A DNA stretch of 63,365 nt, counting the filler, from Atractiella rhizophila (lineage: Eukaryota): the NCBI GenBank assembly GCA_021432655.1. It is 32 parts of 32 records of this genome, joined end to end, with 100 filler letters (N's around TTAATTAATTAA, not from the genome) between each part and the next. Parts side by side here need not be neighbours in the genome. Positions count along the whole stretch, not along the records: positions 10,125 to 12,038 come from MU272822.1; positions 12,139 to 14,051 come from MU272823.1; positions 14,152 to 16,062 come from MU272824.1; positions 16,163 to 18,072 come from MU272825.1; positions 18,173 to 20,082 come from MU272826.1; positions 20,183 to 22,082 come from MU272827.1; positions 22,183 to 24,076 come from MU272828.1; 25 more parts are not named here. One strand, 5' to 3'. Of the stretch, positions 10,855 through 23,037 are shown piece after piece. Each line of letters begins with the position of its first letter. The stretch's first letter is position 1. The position numbers and the translations under genes were made by a program. Under the pieces are notes generated by a model. That model made no database searches. It was given only the letters and a program-made list of their open reading frames with translations, and was not told where the DNA came from.

Positions 10855-12031
10855 TCAAGCTTGACGGAGAGTGGGAACATCGGGAGACAGCGTAAATCTT
10901 GAAGTGGGGGGAAAGTTGGTGCCGTTGACTTCCAATGTGCTGAGTGTCGGGGCAGTGAAACGAATATGCCTCATGAGGAGTCTCTCAATCTGAGGACGCG
11001 CTTGCAAGACTGCTCGCGCCAATTCCTGATCGCGAACAAAAAGTTGAAGAACGTCGTTCACGAGCCTATTGACGAGAGTAAGGTTGGGAAATGTCGGGTC
11101 ATCAAAAACAGGGTTTCTCAATATGGACGTAATTAAAGTGGAGGAGTCAATGAGACTAGAAAGGCTGACGCTTGTTGTTACTGGGGGGGTAGACGTTGGA
11201 ACAAGTTGGAGAGTTGTAGCAGAAGGGATTCGACTCGGAAGTGGAGGGTTTGATGAAGGTGTTGAGACGCCAGACAAGGACGAGCTTACCCGTCGTCTGT
11301 TGCTCACTATCCGATTGGCCATGTTGTTGACTGGAGCCAGGGTGCGTTTGTGCTTCCTGCCAAACATAATCAAGATATGGTCGTCTGCAAAGCGAAGCAG
11401 AGGCATACAGGTAGAAAGGGTCATACCGACTCCCTGGTCGACCCCCTCTCTCAGACGGAGTTGGGACCACAGTTACCTTGGCCCAGCCAACACTTGCCAC
11501 CTTCCCATCCTAGTGACAATGGATGGGTATGTGTCTAAAAGGAAGCCAACTACCCACAATAAGTAGGCCACCAAGGTTGTGAAAATGGTCTATTGAGGCT
11601 TCCGCTGTGTCCTGCTCGCGAAAGGTGACAAAAAAGTAACACTCGTCGCTACCTTCCATCGGATCCATTCGAAAGACTTCGATCAAACTTGCACCACCAA
11701 TCTCAGTGAGACGTTCTAAAGGGATATACAGCAGGAACGTACGAGCCAAACGATGAAAAGATTCCCCGTACGGTCTCCCAGGTTGTGTTCTATGCGTTTG
11801 TCACGTTTCAGCATAAATGTACCAAGGCGGATAAATAACATACAACATGAGTTTTCCCCACATAAACTTTGTATCCTCGAGGAGCGTTCAACGTGGGAGT
11901 TCTGACGGGTATGATACCAGTCCTAATACCACAGGTGAGAGAGGTCCGAAGGAGCGTGGAATATGCACGAATGATTCATTTAATGTAGCTGATGGAGAAA
12001 CATTGCAGATTTCAGCGCTCTCAGCTGCCAT
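10855..12031 (-). CDS. RRM-domain RNA-binding protein, multi-exon; termini uncertain (may extend to 10456)
   Basis: Removing three short GT-AG introns yields a canonical RRM: YKVYVGKTHV|NTTWETVRGIFSSFGS|LIEV...YFFVTFREQDTAEASIDHFHNLGGLLI|DGKVASVGWAK (RNP2, RNP1, beta4). Confidence 0.8.
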
Positions 12032-12138
12032 GGTTTGANNNNNNNNNNNNNNNNNNNNNNNNNNNNNNNNNNNNNNNNNNNNTTAATTAATTAANNNNNN
12101 NNNNNNNNNNNNNNNNNNNNNNNNNNNNNNNNNNNNNN

Positions 12139-12656
12139 GGTCTGCTTTTGTACATCTTCTTTGCAGCGAGATCTTGTGCCCCTTCCATGGACAGGGTTAC
12201 GCCGACTAACTTGACCTCGCCTTTGCCGCCGTCATAGTCTGTCTTCAAGACTGTGACCGTAAAGGCGTAATGCTGCTTGACTGCCGGAGAGTCGAAGATC
12301 GAAGGACTGGACATGACGCAGAAAGGCTAACGCAGAATCAATAATTTTCAGAGGGAATGAGAGATGCTATGAACCTCTCTGCCGCTCTCCAATAATCTAA
12401 ACTTCTCGACCTTGATCCCAGTTCCGAATTCACACACAATCTTCCTCCTCAAGTTGACGGCCAATCCTTCAAGGTCCTCTTTGGAAGCTTGAGATTTAGC
12501 CAATTCCACCGCGGCCTGGGCGTAACGACGGACTCCATGAACGATCACGCTAGGAAGCCCATGCCCATCGTCCTCCATTTCTTCCCAGACAAGGTACACA
12601 TGGGTGGGAAGAGCATCTGGACCGGTGTCTTCCTCGCGAGGACGCTTGGGGGGCAT
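12139..12656 (-). CDS. Hypothetical protein with two similar short beta-beta-helix units, 2 exons, 3'-truncated
   Basis: MPPKRPR start. ORFs 12656-12348 and 12314-12139 are joined by a short intron. Units: VYLVWEE..VHGV..AAVELA and FTVTVLKTDY..VKLVGV..SMEGAQDLA. Confidence 0.55.
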
Positions 12657-13038
12657 GCTCTGCTTCTTTCACTTAATGAACCCATTTCCTACATTTTGCT
12701 AAGAGGCACTTACTGTCAATACCAGCTAGAGATCCCGCCTTTGAATGATCTGGTAAATGGTCGCAAACTTAGCCAAAGTGACAACGGAGCCGCGCGGTGA
12801 CCGCGGTTGTGGCAACCCAACAGAACGTAGTTGGCAACGATCTTGGCCAGCTGTCCAGCGTCCAGCTGCCCTGCCTCTTTCAGGCACGACGAGTTCCCCT
12901 TCGATGCAGTAGTCTCAGCATTGCGAGCATCATTATTTATTGACTTTCGATATTTCCCACAGGCACATCGTTGATCGATTCACCTGGTCCTCTGGAGGCT
13001 TCACATCTTTTTCACAGTTCTGTCCTTACGCCGAACCC

Positions 13039-14051
13039 ATGCGAGATTCCGAGGTTTACAGTACCTGGAGGTCTCAGCGATCTCAGCGTTCAGACGCTCC
13101 ACCGCTGCCACGATTCTCTTTCGCTCGTCATCGATCCTGGATATCGGAGCCTGGCGGTTACAGGAATGGGAGATGGCAGAACAAGCTGATGGAGAAGTTT
13201 GACTTGAAGAAGGAGGAGGTTGCATTGACGGTGGGAGAGGGTGAAGTGAGTTTATTGGATGTCTTAGAAGGGAGGACGAGCGGGCAGTTCGCCTTGAACC
13301 AGTTGAAGCAATTCGCGGCTGGCTCTCGTGCCGATGTTGCAAAAAACTGGATGGTGGCTATTCAGTTTTGTTTGGACTTTCTGGAGTAAGTCTACCCTAC
13401 TGTAAACAGCTGGACGTGCTTTTAATCCCTTTTATTCAGATATCGACGCAGCTTCCTGAAGCTCTCGAGCGAGGAACAAAACCTTTCTCCGCCACCGTTC
13501 TTCATTATCGAGGAGTTGATGAGGAACCGCGATACCCGCGCGACGGCACTTTCGATTGGGGGAACATCCGGGATATCAGTTGCACCATCTTTGTTTTTTC
13601 CTCCAATTCCAACTGGCCGTTTGAACGATTCTCTTCCGCCAACACCGCACACCCAAGGCACCGACTTAGTTTACGCCAAGTCGCCACCTCCTCGACAGTC
13701 AGTTATCGAGACGAATAGGACTGAAACCCTGCAAAAGCTCGGATATCATGGCAGGAGTCTGACGTGGAAAGAACCGCCCATTGCTTCGCTTCTCTCTTCA
13801 ACGCCAGCAAGACAACCGACAGTCCGACATACGAACTACTCTATGTTCCGTTTCTCGACTGCAACTACCCTACCAGATTGCGTCAATCCATCCTCCCAAC
13901 CCCTCCGACAACAACTACACCGTCTCCTGACCAAATATCTAGGAGCTGATTCGTCCGCCCTCCAGCTCCTCTCGCTTCCTAAGCGTTGTGTGAGTCAAGC
14001 GTTCCTCGAAGCTCGATACACGACCTCTCCCGACGTCCTCCATCCGATCTT
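13039..14051 (+). CDS. Hypothetical protein, 2 exons, 3'-truncated
   Basis: The ORF ending LDFLE is joined by a GTAAGT...CAG intron (about 13386-13439) in frame to the ORF running to the contig end. No family recognised. Confidence 0.5.
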
Positions 14052-16285
14052 NNNNNNNNNNNNNNNNNNNNNNNNNNNNNNNNNNNNNNNNNNNNTTAAT
14101 TAATTAANNNNNNNNNNNNNNNNNNNNNNNNNNNNNNNNNNNNNNNNNNNNGAGTTTCTTTTGTTTTTCTTGCCTCTTATCATCCCCCCATGTTCCAACA
14201 CGATACAGTGGACTCTGATCATTCCAAACTGTCCGTGACCAAGATAGAGTGAGCTCAAATCTCCTCGTTCAGGTTAAGTTCGGTCAGTTTCGCACGTGTC
14301 ATCTACTTGGGCATAAACTAAGAAACTTCAGCGACTTACGCTTCAATTGATCCGGTATTGGGTGAAGTCTCCTTTGCAACCTCCTTCCCGAATTAGAGGT
14401 ACCCAGCGATGACTGTCGAGATATAAAATGCCCTGCCCATGATCCTCCTTTATCTGCTCCTCGACAGCTCTCTGGGGCACCGTGAAGCTAGATTGATACC
14501 ATGAGAAGGAAACTAGGTGAGTTGCCTGGAAACATGGCGGAGGCACCTTTACTTCAGATATTGGTATATAACCTCTATGGTCACGGTGTGTACTTTCCTC
14601 CGTCACTTTGACCCTCTATCTGACCTTATTCCTTTTCCAGCAGCCAATGTTCCTACCCCTTCTCCTCCTCCTTCGCACGTCGAAGCTACCGTCACAGCAA
14701 CTTCTCGTACGTAGCTCCTTGAGTCAAATCGACCTCTTTAACCGGCCTTCGTTTGGATATTTGCTGATTTAGCTGTTCCCATAGCTGTGACTGGTTATTC
14801 TCCCCCTCCTGTAGCAAACTTGGCACCTTGTGGGCTATTTCTCTTTCCCAAAGCTGTTTTTGACCGCTTCCCCAGCGTCGTCAGTTCAAGTTCTCACGAC
14901 TTACGCACAGCTCCCGCCTGCATCACCTCAGACTGTTGCTGCCTTTCCTTCTGCCTCTCCTTCCCCGACGGCTGCTATCCCGGCAGTTGATACATCCAGC
15001 TCACCTGTTCCCCATAATACTCTCGCTGTCGGTTCGAGTCCTACGCCGGGAAGTAAGTCCTTTTCCCTAAATATGTTACCATTTCTTCAACTAACATTTT
15101 TAGCCGTTGCTCTTGTTCCCGCTCAGACCTGGCAGCTACCGATCTATTTCTCTGATTTCTCTCCCTCGAGTAGGTAATGGCCGATTAGTCAAGCACTGTT
15201 TAACATTTATTCCTGTGGACAGCTTTCGTCGTTGCCGCCGAACCGTCTATTACCCCTGAGGTGATTTTCATCAACCCAAATGTCTCAGGTGTAGCAATGG
15301 GAAGGACGAGTGGGTCAATCCTCCTTTTTTGCACCAATCGCTCAAGCTTGTTTCTTAGACTTCTAAGCCACATGGTTTCCCTACTCACGAAAACGACCAT
15401 GACTATTTATCTAGCACAGAGTTTTGCCATTTCTCGCCTATTTTTGCATGGGACTGTTGGAACTGAAGAAAGTTGCCTTTTTCGAGCGGGATTGCAGAAG
15501 TATCATCTGTCGTCTTACTACATGAGTTAAACATGGTGTATTTGTTGGTTGTCTCGATGAAGCTGCTGCAATCCGAAATGTCGGTTCTTTACTGCATTCT
15601 CCCTCTTCCCACTCGTAGTCTGCAGTTAACAGAACTGGAACACGTGAAGCGGAAACCTTCGATGTTTGACCTTTTGGGAACTGAACACCTAATTATATTT
15701 CGCATTCATTGTCACAGAGCCTTAGTATTACATTCAACTTTCAATTCGATGATTTTAATCCAACGACATAATCTGAAGCAGCTTTGTTGTGATAACTCCC
15801 TCGAATCGGCCCTTCATCGACAATTTTGAGTTCTCCCAGCTGTTCCCCAAAGCGAAGGATCTCCTCCAAGTAGAGCTCAAACCGTTTCTCAAAGGAAGCG
15901 AGGCACCCAGCTTTGTTTTCCTCGTTCAGCTCAGAATACTGCTTCCCGTCAGCTAATCTCCTGATCTGTGGAACGAAGACACACCTCAATGCTTTGGCGT
16001 GCAAGCTTCTTCAAAGCAAACAGATCCGTCTGCCGCGATCCTTGCAGTACCTGATAAAAGTCNNNNNNNNNNNNNNNNNNNNNNNNNNNNNNNNNNNNNN
16101 NNNNNNTTAATTAATTAANNNNNNNNNNNNNNNNNNNNNNNNNNNNNNNNNNNNNNNNNNNNACTCAGCGCTCAGCATTCCTTCTCAATAAGAATGTTTG
16201 ATCATGCGATTGGCCTTATTGGTAGCCATTGTTGCTGACATCTAAATAAGCTGTATTCAACCGGAAAACATTTATTTCACAACTT

Positions 16286-17219
16286 TCAATTTTCCACTGA
16301 AGTAGCTCCCCTGGCAGAGTTGAGGGACTGTCGATATTCCAAGACCTTCTTCACCTGTGGCATTTGGAGCATCTTATTATGCCACATTGTGACGTTCTGA
16401 AATTGAGTGTCAACATCGTCCACTACTTTGTCCATATAAAGCGGCTGTAAAGTGTGAGGTTGGCACAAATTGCAGGGATAAAGAGAATGACGTACCAAAT
16501 GATTCCAAAGAAGGAACGAGAGGTCTGCGACTGTGCATTTGGACCCCACCAGCCATTCCCGGTTCGCTAAAATCCCATCCAACACACCAAGGACACGGCG
16601 GATCTCGTTCTTGTAGCGCTCTTCAGCAGAGGCAATCTTTTCCTGGTGCAAATGCTTGAACCAAACCCATTGTCCAAAGCTAGTCCAGAAGCATTAGATT
16701 GTTCCACGATTGACGAGGGAAGCCTGACTATGGCCCTTGCCCACTCGCTTGGAAGAACAGATATTGATTCTGAATCGCCTTTTCTTCTGGCGTCGAAGCT
16801 GAAATCTTGTGCTCTTTATCGTATCTGCGAGAAATTAGACCATTCCTACGCGCTGATGGAAAGAGAACCTGTCGATGAGGTAGAGAACGATAGCATTCGA
16901 TTCCCATAACTGAAAGTCGCCATTTTTATGATCTATGATAGCGGGCACTCGACCATTTGGGTTGATGTTCGTGAACTCCGGCACCTTATGCTCTCCTTCA
17001 CCTTCTCATCAGCCGAGCGTTTGGAGCATTAAGTGGAACTCAAACCTTTTTCGAATACAAGGAATTTGTGTTCGTAGCTGAGTCCCAAGCATTCGAGCAC
17101 GATAGCTACCTTCCACGGCTTTCATGGTTCGAAATGAGTAACAGGAAACAGGAACGGCGGATTGCCCATACATTTGGTCCATTAGTGTGGGAATACAGAG
17201 TGATGTCTTTGGACGACAT
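16286..17219 (-). CDS. Glutathione S-transferase, Ure2p-like class, multi-exon, apparently complete
   Basis: LYSHTNGPN|PWKVAIVLE, INPNGRVPAIIDH, WESNAI, QYLFFQASGQGPY|FGQ, RYKNEIRRVLGVLD and WLVGSKCTVADLSF. Confidence 0.93.
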
Positions 17220-18172
17220 TGTTGGTGATAGTTTTAGAAATGCTGACAATGTTGATGGGCGACGGGGACGACTGCTACAGCACTCTCTTTTAAATGCCAC
17301 GCATATTTGTTTTGAGCCAGGTTGCTGCTTCTTGGTCAAAACAATGATTACTGAGCAGGAAGAAATGTGGAGGCAGGATACAGTCCCCGAAAGGAGAGTC
17401 GACAGATGGTGTCCTTCACCCGCCGGTTCCACGACTGCAACACTGACCGAAGAAGAAGACCGAAGCTTGCGCGGACAATGCAGCCTTGAGCCAGTTGAGC
17501 AATCGCTGGCTCAGCTTTCAAAATGCTTAGTCAAGGAATCCAGGCCAAGCCTCCACATCAGCCCTCATTATCATGAACAGGGGAATTAGAGGAAGATTTG
17601 GCATCCACAGGCGACATTACTCTCCCGACAGAGAGGAAAAAAGGAGGAACAGAGAAAGGTGCATGTTCGTGCGCTTCATTCAGCTATACTCCGCCTTTGT
17701 CCGCCGCTGCTCATCTAATGCTTATCAGGGACTCCTCTGCGGACGAAATTTAGAGGCGTTGGCGTCAAGCCTCTCTGAATAGAAATGAAACGATGAAGAG
17801 CCTAATAACGTTTCCATCCCAAATTCCCTTTGGGCGGAGTACTTCCTTTGCTTCTCAGGCTGGTTTTGTATCCAACATTGTGACATTCCTTGCAGTCAGT
17901 TGACTTGGCGGAAGGATATAGCAAGCTGTACTGGGCTGGCTTCTCAGATGAATTTTGAGACAGAGGACAGCAGAATGAATAATTCCGCCGGTTTTTATCT
18001 GCGAACATGGCTACCTTGGCAAACGAGGGCACTCACTCTCATTCCATCTCCTTTATCACAAATTCGATGGGCNNNNNNNNNNNNNNNNNNNNNNNNNNNN
18101 NNNNNNNNNNNNNNNNTTAATTAATTAANNNNNNNNNNNNNNNNNNNNNNNNNNNNNNNNNNNNNNNNNNNN

Positions 18173-18662
18173 ATCAACTCGAAGAGGCACAGCACGAATG
18201 GACAGGTCAGCCCTCGTCATCAGTTAAGATTCGATGCGCCGGTGAAAGGAAAGGGGAAAGAGGAGACAACGGAAGAGTATGAGTGCCCTGTTTGCCTCAA
18301 GCGCTTCCAGATGGGTCTAGGAGAGTTCAAGTCTGTCCTCCCCCTCCTCTCCCTTTGCCTTTACGAAGTTTGCTTATTCCATCGTTAGTTCCCACGTTGA
18401 CCAGTGCCTTAATCGTTCGTTTTCACTCTCTTACGAATTTAGTACGGACAAGTTAACGTATATTGCAGGTTCACTTGTATTGGATTTGACCAAAGATTCT
18501 GATGACGATTCCATTGATGCTGTTTCGACAGAGCGGAACAAAGTGACAACTGGTACCCAAAACCGCAGATCTTCCCCGTCGGCAAATAAGGCTAAGGATA
18601 AAGAGAAAAAGAGAAAAAGACCCAAAACGAACACATTGGATGTAATGTGGGGTACGAAATGA
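18173..18662 (+). CDS. C-terminus of a UBZ4 zinc-finger protein with NLS and PIP-like tail (DNA polymerase kappa-like), 5'-truncated
   Basis: Splicing (introns 18331-18388 and 18415-18468) gives CPVCLKRFQMGLGEFNSHVDQCLN, then KEKKRKRPKTNTLDVMWGTK*. Confidence 0.65.
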
Positions 18663-18859
18663 ACTGAATTTGAGGGTATAGCATATTGTTCTTGTTTGTT
18701 GCTGCTGTTACTGCTGTCTTCTTGTGTTGCCCCGTTATCCAGAAGTTATACCCAATTTTGTATTTCGCAATTCGAACGTCGTCCTTTCCAGATCATAGCG
18801 TCCCTCAGTCACTGCCATCATATCGAAAGGGAAATGGTGACAGCCGTCACACTAAGTTT

Positions 18860-20082
18860 TCACGATGCCTTCTTCCGTCTGGCAACAACCATTCGACTGG
18901 GAATCCAAGCTCTCCTTCTCGAATCTACAGAACATATGATATTATTCAGCGACAGCAGCAAAGAAGCAGGGAAACATGCCAGCCCATTCAATTCGACAAT
19001 TCTTATGGAGCGCCTGAATCCATCCCTCTGAGTATCCGAAGAGCAGAAAGAGCGGTTTGGTCGTCTCCAGGGCAAGTAGACAATCTACACAAATCCATCG
19101 AACATATCAGACCATCGGACTTTCAATCTGTCACCCCCATAACGGGAAGTAAAGTCTGAGGCAGGACAAGAGAGGTGACAAACCGCGTAACAAGTACCGA
19201 CCCGCCACCTTCAGGTCTTCTTCCCCGGCCCAATCACCGATGGGGCAATCCAACCTTTTCGCGAGGACTAATTGTAATTTTGGGTTCCGTTCCACCATTT
19301 CTGCTAGATGGGCTGGTGCATCAGGATGGGCTCCCTAATGTTTTTTGAGCGGAGTGTTCGACAGTCCATGACGGCATGGAAAAGAAGGACAAACTCTTGC
19401 AGCCATGCATTCGCGCAGAGTACGCCACCACAGTCTATCCCACGCATATGATCAGTATTTGTTAATATTTTGCATGAGAGAAGCAGATAAAGAAATTGGC
19501 ACACAAGGTCGCTTCTCCAACACTTCCCTCTCCCTCGAACACACTGAAAGGCATCTCCCCTGGCTCGATGAGGACCATCATCCCACCTTCCTCGAGTCCC
19601 TGTGCGATTTGCTCAATTATGGCTTCCCAATCCCTTATCTGTACATCAATCATGATCAACCATCTATCCAAAATCGGATAAAGGAGTCAGCGACTCACTC
19701 CCCATATGAGACATCGCATGAATATCAGCTCAAACTTCCTCTTCTCCCCCTCCCCTATCCTGTCCTCCCTCTTCCGGAGGATATATGAGTAATCCAAGTC
19801 GTCCACCTTCGTGAAGTCCTCGCAAACAAAGGTCACGTTCGGAGGCACTCTTTCCGGTTGCACTGGCGCCAGATCCACACCAATCACAGTGGAGTTGGGA
19901 AACTCGTCGCCCATCTGGATGGCCCAAACTCCAGAGCCAGTGCCAAGGTCTGTTCCATCCCACAAATTCTCAGCGCGGCCCCCCAGATTTGAAGTTTGAG
20001 ATGGTGGGGAAGACGGACCAAGAATGGTTCGTGGGCCTGGAACGGGATCCTTCGGGTCGAGGTGCAGTGAGAGGACTTCGAT
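18860..20082 (-). CDS. Class I SAM-dependent methyltransferase (Tam/LaeA-like family), multi-exon, 5'-truncated
   Basis: Spliced RTIL|DLGTGSGVWAIQMGDEFPNSTVIGVDLAPVQP, plus FELIFMR, IRDW, GGMMVLIE and PIGDW. Confidence 0.88.
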
Positions 20083-20869
20083 NNNNNNNNNNNNNNNNNN
20101 NNNNNNNNNNNNNNNNNNNNNNNNNNTTAATTAATTAANNNNNNNNNNNNNNNNNNNNNNNNNNNNNNNNNNNNNNNNNNNNTTCCATTTCCTGGTGCTC
20201 ATGCGTTTGCAAGAGCTCAGCCAAACGTAACCAAGTCGTACTTAGCTCCGCTCCTCAGCCCGTCGATTTCCAACATCCCTGTTTACATTTTTGATCCTCA
20301 GTACTACAATGCCTTGTAGCTCCCCGTGCGCAGGAAACTCAAATGTTATTTGATGATACTTTTCATGTTCCATCTCCAATAATTAACCAGGGCAGGGTAA
20401 GTGTCGTCGAGAACGGCGGAGATTGATCGTGGTATTCTGCGGGATATCGGGGTGCTTGCTTTAGTTTGAGCACAAGCTGCGGTGTGGGAAACCTGAAGAA
20501 AGGTGAAGGGGTTAGCCTGACTTTCTGTGAGACAAATCTGTGGCCAAAACAGCGGCAACAGACCTGGTACGTTAACATCGGTGCTCAAGAATACTTCAGG
20601 CTAACCTGAGACCATCCAAGTCTTTTGTCTTATCAATTTATAACCACAAGATGGAATCGAGATGGAGGATGTGGTTTTCGGTTCCGTCAACTCGGGGACA
20701 GCTACGGCCGGCGCTCGGGGACACCCTGTTCCCGAACCGAAATTTTCGGTCGGAGGCAGCCTTTTTCCCCCGTGAGAAGAAGCTGCTTATATGTGTAAGG
20801 GACAGCTGTGAAATAATACATAACAAGATCAAGAAAAGGTAAAAGATCACACAAAACACTGGGTGGTTG

Positions 20870-21365
20870 TCATTGTTTCTAAAGGCGGCCTATTCTGACT
20901 CATTGCTCACATCTACGCCAGGAGTATCAGTGAAGGCAACTGGTGTCAACTGTAAGAAGGGTGGCTGCTCTGAACAATCAGCTGCTTCAGCATTGAACTC
21001 AATGCTTCACCCCCAGGTCACTCAACCAGCAGATGGGCTTCACAGGTATTTCAACTACAAATGTCCACCGAGCACAGAAGGTGCTGACCTATTAGTGGAG
21101 GGAGCATGAGTTCATTGCGTTAGTAGACTAACCATCCTTCTTTCCCAATTATTGCTGGCATGGCGTGAGACGATCTCACCATACCTGCTGTTACTGTCAA
21201 GCATCGAAAGGTACTTCTCATGGTCTCACAGGATCCTAACTGACATACAAGCCTCAATGACAGCAACGATGCATGTGCAGAGTATGGCCTTGAAGGGTTG
21301 GATGATACAAGGTGTTTCTATTCCTGAATCAATTTGGGCTGATTTGGAGGCACAGATGGGGTGGA
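20870..21365 (+). pseudogene. hAT transposase C-terminal dimerization-domain remnant
   Basis: LHRYF..DLL, FPIIAGMA*DDLTIPAVTV (stop at 21166 where R is expected), then a frameshift and IERYFSWSHRILTDIQASM..MALKGW. This matches the hAT FP.LA.MARD.L.IPA.S..ER.FS motif. Confidence 0.8.
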
Positions 21366-21469
21366 ATAATTACTTGTTTCTACCTGGTATTGTATTGAGG
21401 TGTGCTGATCTCCATTATATTTGGGGTTCTGTTATTGTTCTCCGTCAATTGGTGCTTTGTAAACAAAGG

Positions 21470-21635
21470 TACTGCAATGATAATGTGATATAATCATTAA
21501 AAATAATGCATTACCTTTATCTTAAAGACAAGTTATTTTTTTTTGAATGTAATGGCATTACGGTATACTGTGCCAAAAGAGCATTATTTTGCACTAAAAA
21601 AGTGATTCATTATAATGGTAATGTGCTCAGCCCTG
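21470..21635. mobile_element. Right terminus of the hAT element (subterminal TAATG/CATTA repeats, TIR ending GCTCAGCCCTG)
   Basis: AT-rich tract with many (G)TAATG/CATTA motifs ends in CCCTG (reverse complement CAGGG, a common hAT terminus). It lies downstream of the transposase remnant. Confidence 0.65.
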
Positions 21636-21916
21636 CACGAAGAGGCTGACAAATGATAACAGAGCAGAGAAAGGGTTAGGATTAGGATTCAAGAATAAAA
21701 GTGCCATTGACCTCAACAACTTAAGCTTGGTGAATTGTCGAAAGATGAAGGCGAAGAAATCGAAAGAGTAGGTGTCTTTCTGACAATGGACGAGCCTCGT
21801 ACAGTATATTGCCCTCCTCCTTATCAGACTCCTTGAATTCCATCAGTTCCAAAGCAGAGTATCTCGAATCATCTCCGACTCCGTCGTTATGCTGTAATGT
21901 CGGGGCGAGGAGCTAC

Positions 21917-22082
21917 TGGCGAGGACATATTGGTTTGTACCTATTCCAATTCGTCGGTGATCCCCATATCCGCTGATCTTCACGAGGGAAGACCTTTTGT
22001 GGCGAGGACATATTGGTTTGTACCTATTCCAATTCGTCGGTGATCCCCATATCCGCTGATCTTCACGAGGGAAGACCTTTTG
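21917..22082 (+). repeat. Perfect 83-bp tandem duplication at contig end
   Basis: 21917-21999 is identical to 22000-22082. Confidence 0.95.
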
Positions 22083-23037
22083 NNNNNNNNNNNNNNNNNN
22101 NNNNNNNNNNNNNNNNNNNNNNNNNNTTAATTAATTAANNNNNNNNNNNNNNNNNNNNNNNNNNNNNNNNNNNNNNNNNNNNTAAAATCGTATTGACGTT
22201 GATGTGTTCATTCTCTTGTCTACTTTGTGTTGAAGTTGTTGTCAATTGGGTTGTCAATCTACCTTTAGCATTTCGTACAAACAAAACAGTTCAAATCTTC
22301 GACCTTTCTTTAGCCATGCCACTTCCGGACTTTGTCAGATTGTTGTCCACATACTCCTGTAATGCAAATAGTATACTCTTTCTTCCCGTCATGTCATTTC
22401 GCTGCTGGAACCAGCTGGAGCAAGCCTGGCCTGAATTCCCGGTTGTGTTTCGATGTAGACGAATTCTCAGTAACTTTTCAAGTTCCTTTGAAGGTCCATG
22501 CCATGTCTCATCTGTCATTCCCACAGTGGCGTACACTCTGACGAACGAGGGATCGATATCATGATCATGATTACTAGTGATTGCTCAGGCGAGCAGGTGG
22601 GATATTTGGTGCTTTGTTGCGCAGAATCCGAGTTACCCAGTTTACGACTCTTCCAAATCTATTCCTCTAAGATTCATCTTCCCAAAATCAAGCGTATATA
22701 TATATAACTGCTTGTGTACAACTTCGATTCCTGTCCACCAGCTAATTATGATTGTATCGCGAAGATGTCTGATGTAGAGTTGCGTGAAGATGGGCAGGCA
22801 TGGTCTCTTCCGCTGTCTCGTTCTCGTCTAATATTGGCTGGGGACGTATAGTCTCAGGCTGTTATCTTTCCTCAGCAAACATCCGTCCTCCACCAGGAAG
22901 AACCAAACTTCACCGCCACGGTCAATCTTATCACAGTAGCCACCTCTACCGATTCGCTTAAGCTGTACCTTTCTATTCTTCCGTCTTTCCTTTCTCTCCT
23001 ACCTACTTCAATTCACACGCTACGGATCACGTTTGAC

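Noticed and set aside
11510..11557. In-frame TAG within the RRM suggesting readthrough or a pseudogene
   Set aside because: The TAG is the 3' splice site of a 48-nt GT-AG intron; splicing restores LLIDGKVASVGWAK.
14152..16062. Possible MULE-associated Ulp1-like protease remnant
   Set aside because: It needs assumed frameshifts to produce an HW motif, and no Q..N..DCG motif was found; unsupported.
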